Assembly: GCA_951406725.2 (NCBI GenBank)
Contig: OX597823.1
Location: 76,818,001-76,882,000, forward strand
Direction of reading: 5' to 3'
Source: Octopus vulgaris
Taxonomy: Eukaryota
DNA: 64,000 bases
Of the stretch, positions 11,929-25,290 are shown piece by piece; within the stretch, counting starts at the first letter, position 1, and each line of letters opens with the position of its first letter. The notes below the pieces were generated by a model that saw only the letters and a program-made list of their open reading frames with translations, was not told the origin of the DNA and did no database searches. The translations under genes were made by a program, and so were the position numbers.

Positions 11929-12559
11929 AACTTCTACCGCTACATTCCACCTTTTCTCTTGCCTTCCAGTTTCCAACATTTGCACAGACTCTGGGGAATT
12001 GTGTTAACAAACAATTTGGCTCCATTTCATAAACTGCTTTCATCGCTCCGAGGTTTGGATTATTGGTAATAGAAAGGTCAGGAGTTCAATATTTGTTGCT
12101 GACTAACTGTATAAAAACTGCAGTTTATTTTATTTATTATTATTATTTTTATTTTCATTCCATTATTCTCTCAGTTCTAGCTATCTTCCAATAACTACCC
12201 CCGCCACATCGCCATCAGCATCAACATCACCATAACAACAAGAAAATAATCCATTCTCTCCACTAAATACTATTTTGCTCTCTTGGGTATAGAGATGGTT
12301 CTTTTATCTGTTATTTCTTATAGAAACTGGTTCAATGGATCACTGACAAATTATTAGCTCAAACATTGATCACTGTACATCAAGAATATTCACTTTCCTT
12401 CTTTCACTCACTCTCACTCATTCCCCCCCTTCTCTCTCTCTCTCTCTTTCTTCTCTTTCATTTTATTCATCTCATTCAGTTCCCAAATATTTGTATGTGT
12501 TGCTTTCAAATATTTTCTCTTGTTCTTTTTCTATATATTTATTTATTTTATTTATTCTT

Positions 12560-12597
12560 CACTCACACATACATGCATACATATATGCATACATATA

Positions 12598-12638
<41 letters not shown>

Positions 12639-12729
12639 GTGTGTATGTAAATACATATATGTATGTATATATATATATATATGTGTGTGTGTATGTATAT
12701 ATATATATACATATACATATATATCTATC

Positions 12730-12781
<52 letters not shown>

Positions 12782-12826
12782 CATATATATATATATATAC
12801 ATATATAAACACGTATGTTTACATAC

Positions 12827-12894
<68 letters not shown>

Positions 12895-13269
12895 GTATCT
12901 ATATATATGCACACATATATGCATATATTTATATTATTTATATATTATTTTTTTTTTTAGAAAAATTCAATTAATGAACTTTATTGCAGTTTCCATGACA
13001 ACAACAATAATGTCAATGTTGACTCATTTGAATAATCAATACTGACTTGTTTTGTAAACTTTATTGCAATACCATATATTTGTGTACGTATGTGTACATG
13101 CGTTTGTACCTATGCGCCTACGTGCGTGAATGAATGCGTAAATGTGCATAAAATGTGTGTGTGCGTGTGTGTGAATGTATCTCTGTATGTATACATGTAT
13201 GTGCGTGCGCATACATGTGTGTCAGAGTGCATGTGTTGCTGTATGCATTCATGCGTGTATGTGCAGATA

Positions 13270-13330
<61 letters not shown>

Positions 13331-13546
13331 ATATGTATGTATATATACATATATATACACATATATATATATATGCATATATATATGCATACATAAATAT
13401 ACACACGCACACACACACACATAATATATATATATATATATGCATGCATTTTCGCTTGTGTATATGTATATGTGTATGCTTGCATATGTACAAATAAATG
13501 CGCATACAAATGTATATATACATATATACATAAATAAATACAGGTT

Positions 13547-13598
<52 letters not shown>

Positions 13599-13678
13599 AA
13601 CACACACAAACACACACATATATGTATATACAGGCTTGTATACATGAGTGTGTGTTTGTGTGTGTATGTGTGTGTATG

Positions 13679-13721
<43 letters not shown>

Positions 13722-13840
13722 ACGGACATGCATACACACACATGTATGTGCCTGTGCGTAAGTGTCTTTGCGTATGCGTATATGTATGTCTTTGTGTGGG
13801 TATGTATATACGTGCAAGTATGTGTATACGTATGTCACTT
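12560..13840. repeat. Long compound (TA)n/(CA)n/(TG)n microsatellite field
   Basis: Read directly; mostly alternating purine-pyrimidine. Confidence 0.9.
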
Positions 13841-14072
13841 ATTCATTTAGTCATCACTTGCATTTGCTATGCCACATGATGCAAAAAATGGCCAAAAAAC
13901 TAAAAGGTAACCTTTCGTTGGGCTTTAGACCATGCTATGAGTGTGTCTTTTTAAGCATATCCTCTTCGACTGCTTTTGCACACCCTCTCTAATCTACTTA
14001 AAGGTAGAATCTGTATAGTCTAAATGGCACTAGAGATTTTAAGAGTCAGTTTTAAAAAAGGAAGTTGTCTAT

Positions 14073-14419
14073 AGGCGTAGGAGTGGCTGTGTGGTAAGTA
14101 GCTTGCTTACCAACCATATGGTTCCGGGTTTAGTCCCACTGCATGACACCTTGGGCAAGTGTCTTCTACTATAGCCTCGGGCCGACCAAAGCCTTGTGAG
14201 TGGATTTGGTAGACGGAAAGTGAAAGAAGCCCATCGTATATATATATACATATATATGCTGGTGTGTTTACATCCCCGTAACTTAGCGGTTCGGCAAAAG
14301 AGAGCGATAGAATAAGTACTTAGGCTTACAAAGAATAAGTCCTGGCATCGATTTGCTCGACCAGTGCTCCATCATGGCCACAGTCAAATGACTGAAACAA
14401 GTAAAAGCGTAAAAGAGTA
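14073..14419 (+). mobile_element. SINE family 1 copy
   Basis: Full head through to the (AAAAGAGT) tail. Confidence 0.85.
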
Positions 14420-14513
14420 ATGGCAGCATTCGAACTCATTGACAAATGATTAAATTATTGATTATATTGCCTGCTTTGATCCCTTCATATATGCATTAAT
14501 TATGTAATTAACG

Positions 14514-14732
14514 CGGCGAGCTGGTGGAATCGTTAGCACGCTGGGAAAAAATTCTTTGCGACACTTCTTTCCATCTTTACTTTTTGAGTTCAAATCCCGC
14601 CGAAGTCAGTTTTGCCTCTCATCCTTTCGGTTCCGATAAAATAAGTACCAGTTGAATGAACTCTGGGGTCGATGTAATTGACTTAGCTCCATCTCGAAAA
14701 TCGCTGGACTTGTAGTACCAAAATTCGAAATC
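14514..14732 (+). mobile_element. Diverged SINE family 2 copy
   Basis: GGCGAGCTGG head and core. Confidence 0.7.
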
Positions 14733-15391
14733 AACTTATATTAGTTACGCCATTTTAAAATTAACAACAGAGGCGGCCTTTCGCTTAGCATATTCATGAC
14801 CGTATTCGTTTCTTTTAGGTACCTTCTTCCATGCTAATACAGATTAATCAAATACAAATTTGTGAGTCATTGCTTTTCACCTGGGCCCTTTCATGTAACA
14901 AACGCCAGTTTTTCAATAAAGCTATTTTTATTCTACTCGTTTTCGAAAGCACAGGGCTACTGGACAATTTGCTGAAGGAGAAATGTCAACAGATATAACT
15001 GCTCGTAGATATCTAGCTGACCCCGTGCAGTCAAAAATGATGGGTAATAGTAGTATTTTATAAATAAATAAGGTACATAATAATCACACATACAAACAAT
15101 CACATAATTTCCTTGTATACGCACACACATACACACATATGCTCACACAGAGTTGGAAGCCTGTTTCATTTGTTTTCAGCGTTGAACGTTCACCATCTCA
15201 TTTCCATTGCACACACACACACACACACAAACGTTCACATACCTCCATTTTACGTACACACACACACGTTCTCACACCGAGTTGAAACACTGATTTTTTA
15301 CCCCTTCGTTTCTCATTCATATGTTGCGATGAAGAAAAACAGAAGACACACGATGCGCTCTTTGCCACTTCCATTCTCTCATTGCTATTAC

Positions 15392-15452
<61 letters not shown>

Positions 15453-15606
15453 CAGGCTATTACTCTCACTACTTCTCCTCCACTGAATTACTTTTTTCTC
15501 TCCTCTCCCTTCACTTATACTACTCTTTCTCCTACTCTGTGATCTTGCACAAATGTATATATATATATATATATATATATTTTTACAAATTATATAGAAT
15601 TGGAAC

Positions 15607-15677
15607 GATCGTACTGAAGAGTCCACGGACGAGGATTACGTAAGTAAAATCGTTGATGGCGAAACCGGTCTACGATT
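15607..15677 (+). ncRNA. Type I hammerhead ribozyme candidate, intact core, long helix II
   Basis: gatcgta-CTGAAGA-(40-nt imperfect hairpin)-GAAA-CCGG-TC-tacgatt. Helix I of 6-7 bp, palindromic ACCGGT helix III, GUC site at 15670. Confidence 0.75.
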
Positions 15678-15840
15678 AATTCTGTATTTTGTATATTTTC
15701 ATTTGTCTTACCCGCTTATGTTCTGGTGTTTGCTGAATTTATCTAGAGAACATTCTTTTTATTGTAGTTAGATCGTAGGCGATCTTCTTCTAGCATATTG
15801 GTTGTCCACTTACTGGTCATCCCTATTATACGCGCGTATA

Positions 15841-16237
15841 TCTTTATATATAAAAGTGAGGTTGTGTGCTGTCTGTCTCCTACGATTTAGATTCCTAACT
15901 ACTCCCACATTTTGCGGTGCAGTTTAGCCAAAACCGGGTATCTTATAGTCGTGATTCATATCGAGCCCTTCTGGGTATTAGCGCGCGTCTACGATGAATC
16001 TACGATTTTAAAAAAAATTTACCATTAATTTTTCTCATTTTTAATGCATTTTTGGCATATATATAAGGGAAGTAACTCTCTAAAAGTTTATTATTAAATC
16101 TCAGAACGTAAAAAGCTACAGTAACACCCCCCTTTGTGGTTAACCATATTGAGATGGCTATTATACTTTACATCTCTAAAAATGCTTATATAGTTATTTC
16201 CCTTACAAACCCGAGCAACGCCGGGCGATACTGCTAG
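15841..16237 (+). mobile_element. Complete non-autonomous Helitron (397 bp)
   Basis: A|TC...hairpin CCCGAGCAACGCCGGG...CTAG|T with no TSD: canonical Helitron termini and target. Confidence 0.92.
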
Positions 16238-17008
16238 TATATATATATATGCACACACACACACTTACACAAATATATAAAAACACTACACTCATTATTT
16301 TAGATTTCTAAAACAAAACATCCATATGCATGTGCATTTACGTGCGCGCGCACACGCACGCACACACACACACCATTGCATTTTCTGTCAACCAAATTCG
16401 CTCACAAGACTCTTTTGGCTTCGAATCAGTTGTGGAACAGATTTTCCAAAGTGTTGCAAAACGGGATTGAACCCTAATGCATATGATTATGAAGTGAACT
16501 TAAAAACACAGTCAAGTTCTGTGCGTCTATTATGAGTATAGATATCGTATTTTTACATATAGATGACCCACTTAGAAAGGTGAACATCTTGCATTTGATG
16601 TTTACAACGAGAAATAACTGCATAAATCAAACGATGAATGAATTATCTGATCAATATTTCAGTGTAAAGTTGTAGAAGTAATTCACAAGCACCAAATCAA
16701 AGCACAATGCGTGTGTATGTGTGCGTACAAACACGTAAATAAAGAGAAGTGATAGGAAAGAGCTGTTTGCCACCGAAGTGGCTGTGTGGTAAGTAGGCGT
16801 AGGAGTGGTTGTGTGGTGAGTAGCTTGCTTACCAACCACATGGTTCCGGGTTCAGTCCCACTGCGTAGCACCTTGGACAAGTGTCTTCTACTATAGCCTC
16901 GGGCCAACCAAATCCTTGTGAGTGGATTTGGTAGGCAGAAACTGAAAGAAGCCCGTCGTATATATGTGTATATATATATATATATGTTTGTGTGTGTATG
17001 TATATGTA

Positions 17009-18717
17009 CACTTGCGTCGGAAATTAATTAGCACTTCTCAAATTTCTACATTTTCTTACATTTTCTTAATTTAATTAACTTATTATCAGAAACGAACTCG
17101 TTTTTAATCAAAAATTTATTAAAACATATCCCAGCACACCACATAATTGTTATTAATCGTGAAATTTAGTCAATATCTTGTTGCTCCTCCTTTGGCAGCA
17201 ATGACAGCTGCTACGCGGGTCGGCATGCTGTCTATGAGTGCCTGCAGGTACTGTGCAGGGATGGCCCCTCATGCAGCAAGGAGTGCCCCAAACAGCTCGT
17301 GTCGGTTCCTGTATTGTTGCACATTCAAATCCCTACCCAATCGACTCCAGAGGTTCTCAATAGGGTTCAGGTCAGGTGACTGGCCAGGCCAGTCCATGAC
17401 CGTCACCCCATGGTCCTTGAAGAAACCGGTTGTGAGCTTGGCTGTGTGGGAAGGCGCGTTGTCCTGCTGGAGCAGTACTCCTCGCCACCAAAGAGGTATC
17501 CCGTACTATCTCAACGTACTTTGCTGCGTTGATGTTGCCTTCGACGGCATAGAGCCGTCCAACACCACTGTAGCTGAACGCCCCTCACACCATCAGATCA
17601 CCCCCACCTTGCTTCATGGTGGGAGCAATGCAGTCTTTGTTGAAGCGCTCACCCCTGCGGCGTCGCACATGGACAGGCTTGTCACTGACGAGACTGAATC
17701 GCGACTCGTCAGTGAACATCACTGTCCGCCACTGCTGCACGGTCCATGTCTTGTGGGCACGGGCCCAGAGCAGCCGCCTCTTCCGGTGTTGGGCTGTAAG
17801 GAGCGGCTTACGGGTGGCCCTGCAGGATTTTAGACCAGCTTCCAGTAATCTGGTCTTGACGGTGGTTGTAGACAACTGCTTCCCTATCACCTTTTGCATC
17901 TCCTCCGCCAGTTGCCGGCTCGTTGCCCTTCGGTTGTACAGTGACTTTCGGATCAGCATCCGGTCCTCCCGCTGGGTCGTCAGCCTCTTCCGTCCCCTAC
18001 CCTTTTTGTCAGCTGCTGATCCGGTTTCCTCGTATTTCTTAAATAAGCACTGAATTGTGCGCCTGGCTACACCAAGTTTTCTGGCTATTGCAGCCTCCGA
18101 CAGCTTCCCACGCCACGAGAGAGCCTCGTACCGTCTCTCCAAGGTCATGCGAGGTCTTGGGCCCATCTAGGAATGAACGATAAAAACTAGTTATTTTCAT
18201 TAAAACTATTCATTTGAATAATGTTATGCTATAACAAAACTGCTATGAGTTATTATTCATTAAACAAAAAAGAAAGAAAGAAGAATTTCTCATCTTATTT
18301 GATGTATAACAGAAAGTTTTGTGAACCGGAAGTGACGTCACGAAGCAGAGTGTAGGAGAATTTGTGAGGAAAAAAAATCTTGCAAATACACAAATCAATT
18401 AACCTACGAGCTGTTCAAACGTCTTATGCGATGAGAAAACTTAGTACGGTGTGATTTCGGTCCTTGCGAGGAGCTACCTATATCTATTAAGCAAAGGAAG
18501 ATTTGTCTGCATCCGCACTCCAAGTTGTTGTTGCACTGCTATGTCAACATCATTAGGCTGTAGACTCTCAAACCGCTCTGCAAACAAAGTTACGTCATCG
18601 TTCTGCGCAACAGTGAACTCGCAACAAAGCAATAGTTCGAGATATGGCCACTAGGTGACAGCAAATACCTTGAGTGAAGAGCAAATCAAGGGTGCTAATT
18701 AATTTCTGACGGTAGTG
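17009..18717 (-). mobile_element. Tc1-family DNA transposon (DD34E), near full length
   Basis: 26-bp TIRs CACT(TG/AC)CGTC(G/A)GAAATTAATTAGCAC with TA on both sides. Confidence 0.93.
17170..18166 (-). pseudogene. Tc1 transposase pseudogene
   Basis: HTH region, RKPLL, VMFTDESRF, QQDNAPSH...WPGQSPDLNPIENLW (34 residues between D and E), ending KGGATRY*. Has TGG>TGA stops and frameshifts. Confidence 0.92.
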
Positions 18718-18765
<48 letters not shown>

Positions 18766-19030
18766 TGTGTGTATGTTTGCGTGTCCGTATTTGTTCCCCC
18801 AACATCGCTTGACAGCCGATGCAGGTGTGTTTACGTCCCCGTGACTTAGCGGTTCGGAAAAAAAAGACCGATAGAATAAGTACTAGGCTTGCGAAGCATA
18901 AGTCCTGGGGTCGATTTGCGGTGCTCCAGCATGGCTACAATCAAACGACTGAAACAACTAAAAGAGTAAAGAGTATACATACGTGTGTTTGTGTGTATGA
19001 ATATAGTGAATACAGCGAGAGAGAGAGAGG

Positions 19031-19091
<61 letters not shown>

Positions 19092-19403
19092 CACTCAGCT
19101 ATGCGTGGGTATGTCTTAGTAACGTACACCACGCATTCGCTAACTGTTTTATGTGCTTCTGTAGCCCCGAGCAGACATCCTCTCAATCTCCCCACCACTT
19201 GATGCATTGCTAAATCAAAGTCATGACAGCTGGAGGGCAAGATAAATGCACCAGCACTCAGCTGGTGCTTATTTTTCATTTAAGTAGAATGAAGCATCGA
19301 GAAACGAAGTGCATTTCTCCAGGAGGCAATATGCTGCTCGGTCAAGAAATCTAAGTCACTACTTTATAACCATAAGCTTAAGCATTACGCTGTGCACCTT
19401 CAA

Positions 19404-19485
<82 letters not shown>

Positions 19486-19611
19486 CCTATCTGTCTGTCT
19501 GTCTGTCTATTTTCTGTCTGTCTATTCGTCTATATCTATCTATATATCTATCATTCTGTGTGTGTGAGTGTGTACGCGTGTACGTGTGTATGAGCGTGTG
19601 TATTCTCTTTT

Positions 19612-19829
19612 TTTTCTCTTTTACTTGTTTCAGTCAATAGACTGTGGCCATGCTGGAGCACTGCCTTTAGTCGTGCAAATCGACCCTGGGACTTATTCTT
19701 TGTAAGCCCAGTACTTATTCTATCGGTCTCTTTTGCCGAACCGCTAAGTGACGGGGACGTAGACACACCAGCATCGGTTGTCAAGCAATGCTAGGGGCAC
19801 GAACACAAACACACACACACACATATATG

Positions 19830-19888
<59 letters not shown>

Positions 19889-20046
19889 GCTTCTTTCAGT
19901 TTCCGTCTACCAAATCCACTCACAAGGCATTGGTCGGCCCGGGACTATAGCAGAAGACACTTGCCCAAGATGCCACGCAGTGGGATTGAACCCGGAACCA
20001 TGTGGTTGGTAAGCAAGCTACTTACCACACAGCCACTCCTGCGCCT
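19612..20046 (-). mobile_element. SINE family 1 copy
   Basis: Full-length reverse-complement match. Confidence 0.87.
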
Positions 20047-20262
20047 GTAGATATTCACTCTCCCTCTCAATATATATATATGTATGTATTTGTGTGTGTA
20101 TGTGCTTGTGTATGTGTGTGCATATTTATATATATATATATATATATATCACGTGATCACGTTACCGACCAGACCATCAGATGTTGCTACACATCACTGG
20201 TCACAATGCGTTCGCATTGTTTTAGCCATCGAATGACGCCACCCCGCTGGCTAAGCGAGCAG

Positions 20263-20332
<70 letters not shown>

Positions 20333-20349
20333 AGTTAGCCGTTTTCCAT

Positions 20350-20389
20350 TGTGTGACTTGAAGTTTCACCCTTCCAATCCTCAGACAAA
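20350..20389 (-). ncRNA. Hammerhead-like motif with decayed helix II
   Basis: Minus: tttgt-CTGAGGA-ttggaagggt-GAAA-CTTCAAG-TC-acaca. Confidence 0.4.
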
Positions 20390-20532
20390 TAGGGAGGGAA
20401 ATCATTTATGTTATACGAAAGCTGTGGGAACGTTGAGACACTAAAGTAAGTTTTGATTGGTTGCCGGAGGCAAATGAAGAATGTTGGTTAATTGAAGAAA
20501 GAATGTGGGGACAAGGAATGGTTTAGATTGTA

Positions 20533-20689
20533 AGGAGTGGCTGAGTGGTAAGTAGTCTGCTTACCAACCACATAGTTCCGGTTTCAGTCCCACTGCGTGG
20601 CACCTTGGGCAAGTGTCTTCTACTATAGCCTCGGACCGACCAAAGCCTTGTGAGTGGTTTTTGGTAGATGGAAACTGAAAGAAACCCGT

Positions 20690-20730
<41 letters not shown>

Positions 20731-20946
20731 GTGTGTGTGTGTGTGTGTTTGTTCCCCCACCATCGCTTTTCAACTGATGCTGGTGTGTTTGCGTCTCCGT
20801 AACTTAGCGGTTCGGCAAAAGAGTCCGATAGAAATAATTACTAGGCTTACAAAGAATAAGTCCTGGAGTCAATTTGCTCGACGAAAGGCGGTGCTCCAGC
20901 ATGGCTACAGTCAAATGACTGAAATAAATAAAAGAATAAAAGAATA
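20533..20946 (+). mobile_element. SINE family 1 copy
   Basis: Head, internal (TA)n(TG)n, tail. Confidence 0.85.
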
Positions 20947-21718
20947 TACGCATATGCACACACATGTGTGTGTGTATGAGTATGTGTGTGTATGTGTTTA
21001 GTTTTTTGATGATGGTTTGAGTTTGTTACATTATTACACTCGCTGCAACGAGAGAATCTCTTACCGTAGTCCTACCACATATCACTCTAATTTACTCGTT
21101 CGTAATGTTTACATCGTAGCATGTTTTGATCTATATAGCTATACGCGGTTCACGCATGCGTGTGGTGCTTACATGGTTGTTTATGTAAGTAAGGATTTAC
21201 CATCAAAAGCCTTCACCAATCGATAATAACATTCCAAGTCGAACTGATTGTCTCTCGGACTTCGTTCACAGCAGCCCAGCTGTGAATATGTGCATGCAAT
21301 GCAGCCTCTTCCCTCACTGCTCTTGCACTTCTCAAACCCGTCATACAATATAACCACATCTATTTTTAATATTAATATATTTAAGTTTAATCTCACGCCT
21401 TTATAAATTTATATTAATAATAACATGCATATATTTACATATGTGCATGTGTATAAATGGTGTTCCACATGATTTCATCTTTCAAAGCCCAAACCATCCC
21501 ATACTCAATCGTGCTTTCTTTCACTACAATACATTTCGCAACCTTCCGTTTCGCTTATTTCTTTGAGAGCTAATCAAAAGCAATCTCAGGGTCCAAATCA
21601 TCTCGTATATTTCGTATAAACGGTTTATTTTTGCATTTTATGTTTCGTTTAAAGATCCAGGCGAGAAATACAGAAAATCAATTTTAGCATATATTATAGC
21701 ATATATATATATATTATA

Positions 21719-21796
<78 letters not shown>

Positions 21797-21829
21797 GTAT
21801 GACAAGGAAAGTGTTAAGATCTCATGTGA

Positions 21830-22480
21830 AAGATAGAAGTCGTGTTTTGCTACGTGGGCTAAAAATATATGCGATGATTATAAGAGCAAATGGTTTACAG
21901 TTAATCAGTAAGGAACCTCTATATGTGCCAGTAGATGACAGCTCAGATTCTTTTGTTAAGAGATACAGCTAACCGTTAAAACACCTGTTGTTTCTCAGAA
22001 AATTATGGGAGCTTCAAATAAAAGGGAAGTTCTCTTTCGAGAATGCTGTAAAATATGCTACGAAGAACAAGTCAGTTTCTAGAGCTCCAAGGAAAAGCAA
22101 GACAGAGAAGATGAAGTTTCCTTAAGTCGTGACTTGAAAAAAATGCATATATTCGGTAAACTTTCTTTCAAAGTTGTTAGCTATAAACCCTGAGTAGTCG
22201 CTTGGAGTGATAATCGCAGTCTACATGAGGTCGAAACAAAATATTCTCCTTTGGCAGGTGGTTCTATTTCAGCAGCTGAATATGGGTAATTGAGATGAAA
22301 ACTATGCTGCCGTGGTTTTCCTTGCTGTAGCCTATTACATTGGATGTAATATTGTCTAGGCAAGAATAGTTCACCTTAGAAGTAGATACATCAAAATGTT
22401 TCTGGTTATGAGCTTAGAAACTGTTACTCAGTTCGATGTATCAAGTTCTTAGCTATGTTTTTGGAAGCATCTAGAAACAT
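21830..22480 (+). pseudogene. Heavily decayed Gypsy-like RT/RNase H remnant
   Basis: Fragmentary translation NRSLHEVETKYSPLAGGSISAAEYG resembles the Ty3/Gypsy RNase H SR.L..AE.RY..IE.EALA motif. Confidence 0.4.
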
Positions 22481-22987
22481 TAGAGGGTTAAACCAGGATT
22501 AAATTAAGCCTTTTGTCCGGCGTGCTAACGATTCTGCCAGTACTAAACTGGCAGAATCATAATAGTACGTTCCTTTATCAGAGAGAATTCTGTTTGAAGA
22601 TAGATTAGATATTCTTCTACTGATTCTTCTCCACTAAATTTGTAATTACAGCTGTGGAGTGCTGGCTAAAATTTCTATAAATATATAGTCTTCTCGCTAG
22701 ATTTGTTACAGAGAAAGTAGTTGCCATTCCTAATGTGTAGAGTAAGTTCTAAAATGTTAATTCGTAGCATAGTGATTCATACTAGTTTAAATGAAAGGTG
22801 AATGTTTATTCGGTTTTCCAGAAGTTACGAGGGGCTGCGGTGGTTATATGATGACACTTATATTTAAACGAAAAGATTTCAATTTACTTCTATTTTAAAT
22901 CAATCCATGTATTGTAACTCTGTTTAAGCTGTGCAAAATTGCTAGGTCGCAGTCATTGTACACACTTAAGATATAATAGTGGATACC

Positions 22988-23388
22988 CTTACTCTTTACT
23001 CTTTCAGTCATTCTGACTGCGGCCATGCTGGAACACCGCCTTTAGTCGAGCAAATCGAACCCAGGACTTATTCGTTGTAAGCCTAGTACTTATTCTATCG
23101 GTTTCTTTAGCCGAACCGCTAAGTTACGGGGACGTAAACACACCAGCATCGGTTGTCAAGCGATGTTGGGAGTACAAACACAGACACAGAAACATATATA
23201 CACACATGCAGATATATATATATATATACAACAGGATGTTCGCAGTTTCTGTCTATCAAATCCACTCACAAGGCTTTGGTCAGCCCGATGCTATAGTAGA
23301 AGACACTTGCCCAAGGTGCCACACAGTGAGAATGAACCCAGAACCATGTAGTTGGTAAGCAAGCTACTTACCACACAGCCATTCCTGT
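22988..23388 (-). mobile_element. SINE family 1 copy
   Basis: Reverse-complement match. Confidence 0.85.
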
Positions 23389-23404
23389 GGGTGTACAATT
23401 CTTA

Positions 23405-23830
23405 AGAGCATCTGGGATAAATATCAGACCAAGTTCGCACCCTCGTAACTCCTGGGACATCGAATCATTATTCGATATTCACTTTTCTTTTAAACCAGCA
23501 TGAATCACCATACTACCAGTTACTATTAATATATATTAATATTTATCTAAACTCCATATTATTAAACTTAGTATAACGCCTCTAGAACTGAAGAGATTTA
23601 AGGAGAGATTTAGATATGGAATGGTGGAAGTCCACGATATCAAAATTGGTAAATTAAAAGGCTGCTTTGTTTTTGATATCAGGGAACCGGTTGGTAAGAG
23701 CAGTGCTGGAATTCCATTAGATTAATCATCTAGTGGCCATTCATATAACAGAATTAATGATATTGGGGATTATTTTACTTAATAGCCCGTTTTACTCTCT
23801 GGAGAGTTAATCAATTTGCCTTTAATGTTG
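23405..23830 (-). pseudogene. Penelope-like RT remnant
   Basis: Translates to WNSSTALTNRFPDIKNK..FTNFDIVDFHHSISKSLL and FDVP/GSYEGA, matching PLE RT motifs FDIVDFYPSI and FDVTMGSYDGAE. Confidence 0.7.
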
Positions 23831-24055
23831 CAAAACTGATGGCATAACTGGTCTTTAAGATTAATATGTCGGGAGACGAAGTACCTAATGATGCAGTCCA
23901 CGTGGTATTTTTATCTTGATGGAAGTAGCCTCCACCTGCACTTTCAAGTCGATTTCAAAGTATACCGGTAGTTTTCTTGTATGTACTGAAGATGGTATTA
24001 AACAGAAGGTTGTTATGTGCGGATTTACTTGATTCGTATGTGTAATGTGTATATA

Positions 24056-24622
24056 CTGGGTTGTCCGGAAAGTTCGTGCCGATTTTTAAAGGAAAGAAAA
24101 AGGTCTATAAATACTTGCCATTACATTTTTAATCAACCAAATATGAGCCATTTTGTTTCACAAAGTGTCTCCATCTTTTCCTTTAACTTGAAAATACCCT
24201 CTTCCCAGAACTCAGGTGGTTTCATGGCAAAGAATTCATCAAGGTATCTTTTTACGTCATCCAAGGAATTGAAATTTTTACCATTAAGACTATTCTGCAG
24301 AGACCTGAATAAGTGGAAATCCGAAGGAGCAATATCTGGTGAATATAGAGGGTGGGGTAACACATCCCAGCCGAGCTGCAGCGATTTTTGTCTGGTTCCC
24401 AATGCATCAAGTGCCGAAAAGGAACTTTCTTATCTTCCATTTTAAAGGGTTACAGAATTAACACACGTTATAGGAACATAAATCTTCTATCACGGAAAGA
24501 TAGTTTAAACTGTGCTCTAAATGGAGGTGTAATCAAATCCTATTTTATGGACTCAACCATGTTCTAAAATAAGTCGAAAGGTAATCTGCAATAAATCGGC
24601 AAGAACTTTCCAGACAATCCAA
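24056..24622 (-). mobile_element. Internally deleted mariner (567 bp)
   Basis: ~30-bp TIRs with TA TSD. N-terminal MEDKKVPFRHLM joined to LGWDVLPHPLYSPDIAPSDFHLFRSLQN. Confidence 0.9.
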
Positions 24623-24642
24623 TATATACACGCATATGATGC

Positions 24643-24696
<54 letters not shown>

Positions 24697-24747
24697 AAAG
24701 ATAAATGCGATACAATAAAATTAATTATAATCGCCGGTGTACCAGCG

Positions 24748-24803
<56 letters not shown>

Positions 24804-25178
24804 GTATTTACTCGTATATAATTCGGTGTTTTATAATTCGGTATAAGAAAGACAGGGATGTGACTTATATATGAGTTAGACAACATATACGTACATGCAT
24901 ACGCGCACACGTGTGTATGTATATGTATGTCTGAGTGTGTGTGCATATATATATATATAATGTACATATAAAGCGAGCGCTTTATATGTATATCCCATAC
25001 ACACACTATACACAAACAAGCATATGACATGTTGCCAATCCACTAATCATACAGTAACTAAAAAAAAATCAATATTTTAGTAAGAAATTTTCACCTAAAT
25101 ATAACAGGATTAATGTCCCCTGATCAATTCTGTTCCCTTGAATCAGGTGATCTCAAGTTAACATTGTTATGATATTTT

Positions 25179-25254
25179 AGAACGATGAGAGATCGATATG
25201 AAACGTAGGTATTAAAGAATTGTCTACAAATATGGATTTCGAAACGTAAGTTTT
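25179..25254 (+). ncRNA. Decayed hammerhead motif upstream of PLE ORF remnant
   Basis: agaac-GATGA-gagatc...gatttc-GAAA-CG-TA-agtttt; small deletion in the CUGA turn. Confidence 0.45.
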
Positions 25255-25290
25255 GCTTAATCGTACCCGTAGACTATATTAATGATAACA

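Larger units (their letters stand above)
16795..18975 (+). mobile_element. SINE family 1 copy split by a Tc1 insertion in its internal microsatellite
   Basis: Head at 16795-16960, tail at 18780-18975, Tc1 in between. Confidence 0.85.

Noticed and set aside
12366-13992. Many long YI/CV/HT-rich ORFs (also near 33000, 35400, 46000, 50700 and 52700)
   Set aside because: Stop-free dinucleotide repeats.
17147-18053. 228-aa and 145-aa plus-strand ORFs
   Set aside because: Antisense shadows of the GC-rich Tc1 transposase.
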